Part shown: positions 1 to 10,998 of the stretch, one piece after another
Numbering within the stretch: the stretch's first letter is position 1
How the letters are laid out: every line of letters starts with the position of its first letter
From: Eledone cirrhosa
Taxonomy: Eukaryota
Assembly (NCBI GenBank): GCA_964016885.1
Contig: OZ024749.1
Location: 51,956,001 to 52,020,000, forward strand
DNA: 64,000 bases
Direction: 5' to 3'
Made by a program: the position numbers and the translations under genes
Notes under the pieces: model-generated
What the model was told of the DNA's origin: nothing
Databases searched by the model: none
Seen by the model: only the letters and a program-made list of their open reading frames with translations

Positions 1-1026
1 CACCAGTGACAGTATAATTCATATATACATAATATATATGTATGTGTATATATATATATATTATGGTCCCGCAATATATATATAAACACTATACATAATG
101 TCAAAGGGAAAGGCATTGCCCAATAGAGCTTGGCACCAGTGACGACATAACTTATATAAACACTCTCTCTCTCTCTTTCTATATATATATAAAGGAATTT
201 GTAGTTAACTTATGGTATAAATTCAAAGTTTGAAAGCCATGGCAATGTAGGTTTGGATGCAGAATAATTAAATCGTAAGAAACGGCTTGTTTTTTTACCA
301 CTTCCAGCCAGCATGGTGTAGCAAGCCACATCAGACACTGGAATAATTCCTTTGTTTTCCTCGGAAGAAGAGATATTAATCTTGAAATATCAGGACATAT
401 GAAGAAATGAAGGTAAAAAAACAATCTTACGATTTAATTACTCTCCATCCAAATCTGCTTTGTCGTGGCTTCCAAACTTCAAATTCTTTATTTATATATA
501 TATATCGATCGACATTCGTTAAATCGGACAGACTAAACAATGTTTTCGTCGGTCTTTCCAGTTGCTAGTACTATCTATCCGTCGCAACTCCAGGTAGAAG
601 GAGCAACGTGAAATGAAGTGTCTTGCTCAAGGACATAACGCATCGCCTGGTGCAGGAATCGAACCCACAACCTCAAGATTGTGAATCCAATTCTCAAACC
701 ACTGACACACGCCTTCATATAAATATAAACACTTAAAATACCCATATGGCAAGTTATGGGACCACACCATACCATAGCAATTATTATCTGTTTATTATAT
801 TAACCATATTTGTCACAATAATACAATGCAGGTCCCATATTCAGACTGTATTAAAAATAATCATCCTATTTCAAAAGGCTATTTAAACAAATGACCATAT
901 AATCATGTGGTAACTTGTACAATGGTAGAATCATTGAAAATTAAGGGGAGGGACGGAGGCCGCGACAGTGGGAATTTGGTTCCATTGTGTTCAGACGTGG
1001 TGTGTGTGTATATATATATATATATA

Positions 1027-1651
1027 GGCATAGGTTAATTATAACGTTCGCGAAAATGAAAGTCAATTTTCTGACAAGTGAATGTGTTTTTTTTGTTTTT
1101 TTTACATTGAAAGTTATGATACAGTTTGTTTACAACAGGTCTATATAGTGATATGGTGTTAATTAGTATTGCGTGTGTGATTATTTTCTCTTATATATAT
1201 ATATGTGTGAGTGTGTATATGTGTGTATATATATGTGTGTCTGTATATATATATATATATGTGTTTGTATATATATATGTGTTTGTGTCATCATCATCGT
1301 TTAGATGTTTTTACCCAAATCCCTTATCATTCTGTCCTTCTTATGACCCGGCCTTAATTTGTTTATAGTTGGTGCCAACTTTGGCAAGATATTACAAAAA
1401 CATCTAAACGATGATGATGACACAAACACATATATATATATACATACAGACACACATATACACACCCACACATATATATATACGAGAAAATAATCACACA
1501 CGCAATACTAATTAACACCATATCACTATAGAGACCTGTTGTAAATAAACAAAGAGTGTATCGTAAATTTCACTGTAAAAAATAAAAAAAACACATTCAC
1601 TTGTCAGAAAGGTGACTTTCATTTTCGCGAACGTTATAATAAACCTATGCC
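1027..1651. repeat. Long inverted repeat (arms ~286 and ~256 bp, spacer ~83 bp)
   Basis: 1027-1312 is the reverse complement of 1396-1651 with scattered mismatches and microsatellite length differences. (TA)n on both sides. Confidence 0.9.
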
Positions 1652-2418
1652 ATATATATATATATATATATATATTTACCTCTTGTACAATATTTGTCTG
1701 AATATAATATTTTTTTCTTTTTTTTATATATAACTTTTATAAAGTTATTTACAATTTTTACATGCCCTTTAGTCTTTTGAGATCGGATGATTTTTTTCTG
1801 ATATATCCTGTATTTTACCTTGAAAAAATGTTTAAATTAGGCTTCTTCTATCCCAATCCCCGTGTAGAACTTCTAACGCTTCACCTCACCCATCAACTCA
1901 AACCCCGACACCTTCAAAATAAAAATTGCTGGTCTTGTGCCTAAATTACAAACTCTAATTATTATTATCTATGGGTTGATAAAATAAAGTACCAGTAATG
2001 CACTGGGTGATTGCTGGCCTTGTGCCTAAAGTAGAAACAATTATCTATATATATAAAGTACCAGTAATGCCCTGGAAAAATTGCTGGCCTTGGGCCAAAA
2101 GTAGAAACAATTATTATCTGTATATATTCTATTAACCATATTTGTGACAATAACATAATGCAGGCTCCCATGTTTAAACTAAACCTCCTCTTGTTTTCAC
2201 CCAACTCCGCCTCGCCCCTCCTTCGTCAGGTGTAAGAAACATGAACTTAATACATTATCATTAATAAGAGAAAGAAAATATTTCTCTCCAGTCATTCATT
2301 GCTTTTCTTCTATCAACTGGCTTTACTAGGTTTTATTGTTGTTTTTTACGCATCTGTTTTCAATATAATTCATAGGATTAATACATATACACACACATAT
2401 ATATGTGTGTGTGTATAT

Positions 2419-2505
2419 GTTTGCAAAAGGCAAACATAATTGCACATAACACACATATGTGTGTGTGTGTGTGTGTGTGTGCAATTATGTTTGCCTTTTG
2501 CAAAC
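2419..2505. repeat. Short inverted repeat (28-bp arms around a CA/GT microsatellite)
   Basis: gtttgcaaaaggcaaacataattgcaca ... tgtgcaattatgtttgccttttgcaaac. Confidence 0.85.
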
Positions 2506-2919
2506 GGATATATATATATGTATACGGATTAATGTATATATATATATATATCCTTACTTTCTCGTCAGATTTAAGATTATCGTACTAATCATGTCAGTAA
2601 GTCAGGACGAAGCAAATCATCTATAATAATAAGTAATAATAAATTCTCCATCAAATTAATTCATTTTTGATTTGTTGAGCCAACAATTAACACAGCTTCT
2701 ATGAAAATTTAAAATTGCTTTTCGTTCTTGCTCGTTGTTTTGTTGTTTTTTGCACGGGGAGAAAGATAGCAATTAGCAACAGCTTGCATTGACCGCAATA
2801 CCTGTCCACTAGGCGGCATACCTGTTTGTCACCTCACCTTAACCTAGTTTAAAACTAGATGGGAGAAGATAAGATTGAATGAGAAGGTAAAGATTCGAGT
2901 TAAAGAGGGAAAAAACGAT

Positions 2920-3211
2920 ATGTATAGTTCTGAATTACATCTCACCAAAAAGGGGGAATATGAATGTCCCCTTGACGATTTAAACTTTGTTAACTCCAAC
3001 CGTAACAATCCCTATAAGTCTACCTATATTCGTGTCCGGAAACCTATTCTATTGAGAATTGTAATTGTAATAACACTTGTACTTTTAAGTCTATTACTTA
3101 TATACCTGGTATTAAGTCTGAGACCTCTAGATAAATCGTTTGAAACATCTACCAGCAGTAAGAATACCTTTTCTGGTAAGTAAATATTTTCGTTTATGGA
3201 GTAAATAATTA

Positions 3212-3246
<35 letters not shown>

Positions 3247-6200
3247 CGTATGAGGTACACTTGTTGAATATGATGTGTGTGTGTGTGTGTGTGAGAGAGA
3301 GAAAGATAGATAGAGATAAAGACAGATATAGAGAGAAAGATAGCTAGAGAGAGAAGTGAGATGCTAGAGTATAATATTTATTTACGGCTGAAAAGTTCAT
3401 ATGCTACCGTTGTAATTAATTATATATATATTTAGTACTTAGAAAAGGAAGTTTATTTGTACATTGACCGTTAATAACACTAAATAAAATTAATAATAAT
3501 TAAGGTTTTTCAACTAATCTGACCTCCGACATGCTAACCATCTTTTTCTCCTAAAACGGGAAGGGCGAGGTGGATGAGAGTTTACTGCTCTTTCTAGCAC
3601 ACAGGTACTCTTAAGAGCCGTATCTGTCTGCCCGTTATCTTTATATATAGGAGAAATCATACTCTCACTGAAGCTTGTGCGAATAAACCAAAAGAATACG
3701 TGTGTGTGTATTTATGTGTGAGTGTATGTTTCTCTGTGTGTATGTGTATTTATGTTTCTCTGTGTGTATGTGTGTGTCCAACAACGCAACACAAACTTTA
3801 AAAAAAGACTTTCACTATAGTTGTTTCTACTTTTTGGCACAAGGCCAGCAATTACCCAGTGCATTACTGGTACTTTATTTTATCGACCCCGTAAGGATGA
3901 AAGACAAAGTTAACCTCGGCGGGAATGACAGGCGATTGTTGTTGACTTTTTTTCCCTAAAACGAAATTTTTGCATGGAGGAACCCTCGGAGATTTCTTCA
4001 GATTTAACAAACGATTGCAATTCCCAGTGAGAGTCCTGCAGGCGATTATAAACTCTATTTTTCTATTTTCTTTATTACTTTCTCTATTTGAATATTCTTA
4101 ATACATTAAAATCATGTTATACAATATTAACATCTTTTCAGACCATTAAGTTTCAAATGTCCGATTTTTAATTAAAAATGCATAAGAAAATCGGACATTT
4201 GAAACTTACTGACCTCAATATTACCGTAAACTTCAATGTCGTCATCAACAACTTTAATTTCGTCATCAACAATTTCAATTTCATCGTCAACTTCAATTTA
4301 GTCACAAGAAACTTCAATAACGTCATCGTCATTTCAATAATGTCTTCATTAACTCAATAACGTCATCGTTTCATTACGTCTTCGTCAAGTCCAATTTCGT
4401 CATGACGAAATTGGACTTGACGAAGACATTATTCAAATGACGATGACGAAATTAAAGTTTCTCGTGACTAAATTGAAGTTGACGATGATGAAATTGAAGT
4501 TGTTGATGACGACATTGAAGTTTACGGTAAAATTGAGGGCTTCGACCGTATTAAGTCTCAAATGTCCGATTTTCTTATGCATTTTCAATTAAAAATCGGA
4601 CATTTGAAACTTAATGTCCAGTTCAAACTTCCTCCGTTGCTCAAATTGTTTATGTGGTGTGTGTACTATATTTACAAAATATAGAGGAAAACCAATTACT
4701 TTTTTATTATTATACAACTACTGTAGCGGGCAGTGGATTGGTAGAGTCTGTTGAGCGTCGGAGAAATACTTAGCAGTAATATTTGTTCTGTGTTCAAATT
4801 CCTCCACAGTGGCGTTCGAGACATTTGGTGGAGTTGGGCCGCTGACAGCGAAGTTTTTGTGATCGCTGACGGGCTCGCCTTACTGAGGTGTCAGATGATG
4901 CTTGGTTGTTTCAGCACCTTAGCCTCGCCCTTATCCAGCCATACTGAGGTGTCAGACGATGCCCATGATGGTGCCTGATTGTTTCAGTGCCTTAGCCTCG
5001 CCATCATCCGTGGTAATGTTGCGAGTGTATTAGCTTACCTCAAAGTGTTAACGCTTATGATGTGATGTACAGCCCATTGTCGTACGTGGGGGTGAATTGA
5101 TGGTCGTTTTTGTTTAACTTATATATTTAAGTACTGTATATATTGTGTCTATTTTCATTCTGTAAGAATTATAAATAATTTGTTATTTATATAACTGTGA
5201 ATGAACTAATAAATGTTTGACAGTTTATTTGTAATGTTATTTATACAACTGTGAATAAATTGAATCAGCTTTATCTTTCATCGTTCTAGCTATTGATAAA
5301 CATAAAGCTATCCTCTCCCCCTCACAAATTTCACGCATTCTGTCTAGAATAACGTTTAAGTTGTTGTCTTGTTCTGTTGATTAACTGGCTAAAATTAAAT
5401 TTGAATTGATTCGAATTATCTCCATTTATAAAACAACTGAGTTTTGAAAACTGAAAAATGTGTCAATCACTTGAACTGCTTGAAAATAAAAGACAGTTAC
5501 TACTGCATTCAACAACAACAGTAGTTACAGCAAATACTACTACTATTCTGTATAATATAACCATACTCTACTACCCAAAAGAATTGAGTAATGGTCTAAC
5601 CAGTTTCAAACTGATTCCATTCTGATTTATATCATTTTTAATATATATATATATTGTTATACTTTGGGAGGGTCATGTTGCCAATAAGAAACACATGCAC
5701 CAGTTGCTTTCACTTCAATTTATTATAATAAATTTAGGAATTTATAAATTTCCGGTTGGTTGGTTCCACAACCAGATGATTGTTTATATATTGTCAAGGT
5801 TCTTTCGTCACACATTTTGTGACCTCTTCAGTGACTGGGGATTCTTTTCTTTGTTTTTGTGCCTCTCCTTTGTTCTGTCCTACGCCATTTTGTTTCTATG
5901 TGTGTTGTGTGCTCAGTCTGCGCATGCGCCACATCCAGGTGTCTGTGTGTGCTTATATTTGTTTGTTTACATGTTACTGGTTGGTTGTTTGTTCTATGTG
6001 AGTTTTCATTTTGTCCTTAATTGTAAGTTGTGATGTTGCTCTTCCATTCATGTTTTCTATTTAATTTTGGTTGGAGTTCATTTATGTTTATTGCCTCTGT
6101 GATTTGTCTAAACATTGCGTCTTTTCTGTGTGTAGATTCTATTTTTATTTCTATGTTCTCTAATTTACCCTTATGTTCTATTTTAGCATGTTGGTAGAGT

Positions 6201-9166
6201 ACAAATGATTCTTTACTATCTTAAAGGTCTCGCCAGTGTTCATTTATCCGTTCCCCTATACTACGAGCTGTCTCACCTATGTACACTATATTCTTATCTC
6301 TACATTGTCCTTCAGTACATCTTATGCTATATACATTTCTAGTTTTACAGTTAATATGGGGGCTTAATTTACAGATTATACATTTCTTATCTATACAGGG
6401 AGGTCTTTGAAAAGGGTATGTATTGCTAATAAGTGTTTTTATGGAGGTACCTGGTCTTTCTACTATCTTAATATTGAGTTTATGCCCTAGATAAACAAAC
6501 TCAATATTAAGATAGTAGAAAGACCAGGTACCTCCATAAATATATCTCAAAGACAAAGGACTTGGCTCTAAAAATAAACCGTGAAACTCTAGATGTTTTA
6601 TTGGTGTCAACTCTGATTCAATATTGGTGTTATATTGTTGTATGAAACGAGATCAGTTTGTATTTGAAAAACTAGACCTGTAGCGGTAATTTTAACTCTT
6701 CACAAAGTAGGTCAATGTGGCCACAAGTTGCCCTTGTAGCACATAGATGTTAAATTCAACTAGTTATTTGTTCTTCATGTATTGTATTATAACTCTTTTC
6801 ACTCTCTATTTCTTCATATATTTCTCGTTGTCTTCTGATGAAGGACTCTTTTCCTACTATATCAAGCATTACCCATGCAAGCGTGGAAGATGGACGTTAA
6901 ACAATGATGATGATGATGATTTCTTCATTGTACTGTAATGTTTGCTTTGTTGTGTTTATATATATAATGTGGTTGGTGTTAGGAAGGGCATCCAGCCGTA
7001 GAACACCTGCCACACAGTCCTATACGAGTGAGACACAGTCACCTGACCAATCTTGCCTCAAGTGGGACAATTCCCGTCTAACCCATGCTAGCGTGGAAGA
7101 TAGACGTTAAACGATGATGATGATATGGAATAAATTCGAAAATATCTATTGTAGTATACTGCTGTATCTATTGTGCCTAACTTTCTCTATGTACTATACA
7201 TGCACCTTTGATGAACACTGTACACAATAATTTGAATTATTATTTTTATTATAAATATTCCCAACTTTATATTTTAATGCAGGTCTTTCCTTGTATTCAC
7301 TACCAAACAGAAATCACTTGATCAAGTTCAATACATTTATCAAAGCATCTTATCAGCCATATTCTGACAATATTGAGACAATTCTTCGAGGTAAGACATC
7401 ATCATTGTCATCACCATCATTTGCGACATATAGTTACATTCTGAATTCAAATCCTGCCGAGGTTAACTTTGCCGTCCATCCTTACAGAGTCAATAAAATA
7501 CCAGTAATGGCTTTGTTCCTAAAGCAGAAAGCATTATTTAGTTCTATATTAAGCTGTTTTCTTATGAAATCGTTTTCTCCTCCAGAATACTGGCAGAGTT
7601 ATGTCAACAATTCACAACTGGAAGATTGTTCAGTGTTTGAACTTCACTCAACTAAAGAAAATTGTATTTTTTGGAGGGAAGAACTTGGTAGCTGTATTCA
7701 CCTGAAGAATTATGGTTATGCTGAAGGTAGACCCTGTGTTCTTTTGTCACTTGACCTGGTAAGAAATATATAATATATATATATATATATACAGCTTTTG
7801 TTAATTATTTTTTTCTTCTTTGCCCAGTATGTATTTCATTATTATATTGTCCCAAACTCCCCTATGGCCGAGTTAACCCAGGAGTGTACTAACTGCTTTT
7901 TCTAGCAAATACGTTATTCACTCTATGTCCACCTTACTTTCCATCTGTGACCACTGTATCATGTGTTAACTTCTCCCTCCACCTCTCAAAATATTCTCAC
8001 TTGCTCCAAAAGAAACAGTCCTTTTTTTTAAACACTGTATCACGTGTTAATTCCTCCCTCTGCCTCTAGAGATTTCCTCACTTGCTAGAAAAGCATCAAG
8101 GAAACAATGCAAAATGGACTGTAAGATGAGGTAACGAAAAGTAAGTTACCTGGCAAATTTACAGTCCTTGCCTGAGCAAGGTGCGACACATAGCCATCCC
8201 TGGCCAGACTTGCCTCCTGGCATGGACAACCCATCTAACCCCTGCACTCATGGAAAAATTGACGTTAAACAGTGATGATGATGATGTATGTATGTATGTA
8301 TGTATGTAGCTACTACAATACTATAAAACCATCAAAGAAATAACATTATTTCACTGGGTTGTCATGTGTTCCACTGTAATTATTCAAAGAATGATACCAG
8401 TCATTAACCAATGTCTTTGTTCTGTTCATGGCAGATGTTAAGACCAGCTATACCAGTGAATGAAAAACATACATCCTTTATCTATTCTTGTTACTATTCC
8501 CGTCATGTCTGTATGTATGTTTTTATATATGTGTTTGTGTGTATGTATTTCTGCGTATGTTAAAGAAGCTTATATTTTAAGCTTGTTCTTCCGACTACAT
8601 CATAAAGTTTTATACTTTTGTTCCCCTTGCAGCAGATAATGAAATTTGTGGTTATTTTCTTTTCTGTTTTTTTTTTTTCAGCCAGAAAATACAGTTCCTT
8701 CTCCATTGAAGGAGAATAGTTCTTTAGTTAAAAAGTATTTGCCTGGTATGTGGTCTGATGATCATGTTCCAGTTACCTGCAGTGGAGAGGTATTTTATTT
8801 TAACTTCATTTTATATAAATTTCTTTCCTTTCACAATATTTGAGTTTTATATATAAGATGATTATTTTATTTATTTTGTTGTTTGTTTTTTTTTGTTTTT
8901 TTCAGACGGAAGCAGACACAAAATATTTAATCAAACAGGACCTCATTTTCAAAAACTCTATCACCTATTCACCTTTGAAAGGGTACTCATTAGATTTCTT
9001 TCCAAAATCAAGGAGTCCCCAATATCTCCCTCCATTGCTTATGGTACAATTCAACACTTTACAAGCTGGGTTGACGGTTAACATTCAGTGTAGAGCTTGG
9101 GCTGTGTACAGGAATGCTTCAAAGGTGATCAACTCAGTGGTTAAATTTCAACTACATATGAACTAA
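2920..9166 (+). CDS. Na+/K+-ATPase beta subunit-like protein (divergent), ~301 aa, 5 exons
   Basis: Exons 2920-3175, 7283-7390, 7586-7758, 8682-8789, 8906-9166 join in frame across GT-AG introns (906 nt). One N-terminal TM helix (ILLRIVIVITLVLLSLLLIYLVLSL), then family motifs CIF..LGSC..NYGYAEGRPCVLL, VTCSGE, YLPPLLMVQF, NIQCRAWA and VKFQL, with six ectodomain Cys. Confidence 0.88.
4144..4616. repeat. Nested palindromic foldback structure
   Basis: Perfect 50-bp palindrome at 4378-4427, long imperfect arms built from gtcatcaacaa/ttcaatttc units, and self-palindromic ~65-bp termini. Confidence 0.9.
5655..6540 (-). mobile_element. Penelope-like retroelement, 5'-truncated: GIY-YIG endonuclease end plus pseudo-LTR with hammerhead motif
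   Basis: Minus-strand frame CIDKKCIIC..CKTRNVYSIRC..C..YIGETARSIGERINEH..L*DSKES..H..RQITEAINI..PKLNRKHEW continues to a stop at ~6017, with one internal stop at 6221. A 44-bp inverted duplication marks the truncation (6438-6481/6497-6540). The downstream pLTR-like segment is homologous to 15121-15248. Confidence 0.82.
5793..5835 (-). ncRNA. Minimal type I hammerhead ribozyme-like motif (Penelope pLTR), probably degenerate
   Basis: GUCA-CUGAAGA-G-GUCAC-aaaaugu-GUGAC-GAAA-gaaccu-UGAC. Stems I and II pair, but the UH cleavage site appears mutated. Confidence 0.6.
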
Positions 9167-9279
9167 CTCCTGAAGATATAACTAGTACTGATTTATTTTT
9201 AACATGTAGTAAAGTAGATTCAGATGTTATGAGAGTTTTTAAACAGTTATGTTTAGCAAGCAGCACTGAACTTTCATTT

Positions 9280-9494
9280 ATATAATTTAAACCAGCCATA
9301 TATGGCCAGAATTCTCTCACCTTTCTGTTCAAACCAACCGTAACTGGCTGCTCATACTTATGTTAAGGTATTGTTCTCAAAATAAATAATATTAAAATCT
9401 TGTAGATTCGATATTATGTGAGATAATTATGTAAGATAAAGAGTTTACCATGAAAATACAATAGTAAATATAGAGTAATGGAAATGCTAAAGGG
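9280..9494. mobile_element. Family-A MITE downstream of the beta-subunit stop codon
   Basis: Matches 13666-13874 (tttaaacc.gcc.tat..gccagaattc ... gctaaaggg|ttaa). Confidence 0.75.
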
Positions 9495-10562
9495 TTAATA
9501 TTTAGAAGCCAGGTCAGGTCATGCTTCAATCTGTCTAGTAGTAAAGATACTATAAACATGTGAACACCTTGTACCACATTAATAAGGTACAAACCAGCAC
9601 TATGACTGCATCACATCAAAAACTGAGGTTTTTATTCTAATACTGCAAATATTACCAATATTCAAAACGATCTATATTAAGGTCCTTTCCTCTGTAAAGA
9701 TCTAGCTAAGTGAACTGGGTATGGATCAATATCCAGTGTCAGATTACTGCCTTTCGAGGCCCTAAAGAGTGAAAAGATTGTGCCCCCCCCCTTTTTTTTT
9801 TGTAAGGAGCCTAGTTTCTAGTTCAGCTGTAACATTACATTATGATCCATTGTGGTAAAGATGTTATAAACATTTAAATTAACAAAACTATGATAGGTTG
9901 AAAATATTACTTGTCAAATCTCACATTGAAACAGTTCTGTTCTGTAGAAGTGAAGCCTGAATAACTACAATAGAAACAATAGCAGCAGATATAAATAATG
10001 GACAGAATTATTATTTTACAATCAGCATTTTCAATTCATTCATTCTCCACAAAATTATAATTAACTTGCAAAAGCTCAGATTTTCTCAACCAAAAGCATT
10101 TTACATTTTAAAACAAATTTTTAATTGTACATGTCTGCAGCGACCAAATATATGTATATAACTGACTACTCTTTTAATCTATAGCTGAAGTAAGTACCTA
10201 TACATTTAACACCATGTATTAAATATTTACAGACAAATTATGATATATAGCAAAGAAATTCATAATTAATATTCGGAAATATTAATTTGTAATCCTGGAG
10301 AGGAGATGGGCTCTGCCAGGTTTAAAATGCCCAAGAAACACTGTATGTCACTACAGTGCTCTTATGACTCCATCAGGAGTTTCAGTTCATAGTAAAATAA
10401 AATAGATTGTTTGTAATAAACTTAATAAAAACCAATTTTTAACAAACTGATAAAATCATTTATATTTTTACAAGAACTATTATATACTTTTACAAATAAA
10501 AAAAGATTTTAAATATCATGTTTGTTTCTTAAGTTTCTTGGCATTTCATTCAATTTGATATA

Positions 10563-10960
10563 ATGAGCCAGTTGGTATGTTGTAGTAAAGTGTCACAACC
10601 ATTTTAGCCAGTTATGTTGTAGTAAGGTGTCACAACCATCTGAGCCAGTTGTGTTGTAGTAAGACATTGTAGCTATTTCAGCCAGTTGTTATGCTCTAGT
10701 AAGGTGTCACAACCATTGGAGCCAGTTGTTATACTGTAGTAAGACGTCACAACCATTGGAGCCAGTTGTTATGGTGTAGCAAGACGTCACAACCATTGGA
10801 GTCAGTTGTTATGGTGTAGCAAGACGTCACAACCATTGGAGTCAGTTGTTATGGTGTAGCAAGACGTCACAACCATTGGAGTCAGTTGTTATGGTGTAGT
10901 AAGACGTCACAACCATTGGAGTCGGTTGTTATGGTGTAGTAAGACGTTACAACTATTTCA
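10563..10960. repeat. 40-bp minisatellite, ~10 copies, just 3' of the WRAP53 stop
   Basis: Unit gtcacaaccattggagtcagttgttatggtgtagcaagac; leftmost copies are degenerate. Confidence 0.9.
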
Positions 10961-10998
10961 GGACGTTAAAACGATGATGATGATAATGAGTTCAACAT

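Noticed and set aside
4810-5315. Possible LTR-type insertion interrupting a SINE
   Set aside because: It has internal direct repeats and higher GC, but no convincing TG...CA ends, TSD or coding remnant, so I left it unclassified.
6826-6860. CUGAUGA-AGGA..UCC hammerhead start
   Set aside because: GAAA and the 3' half are missing; at most a truncated remnant.
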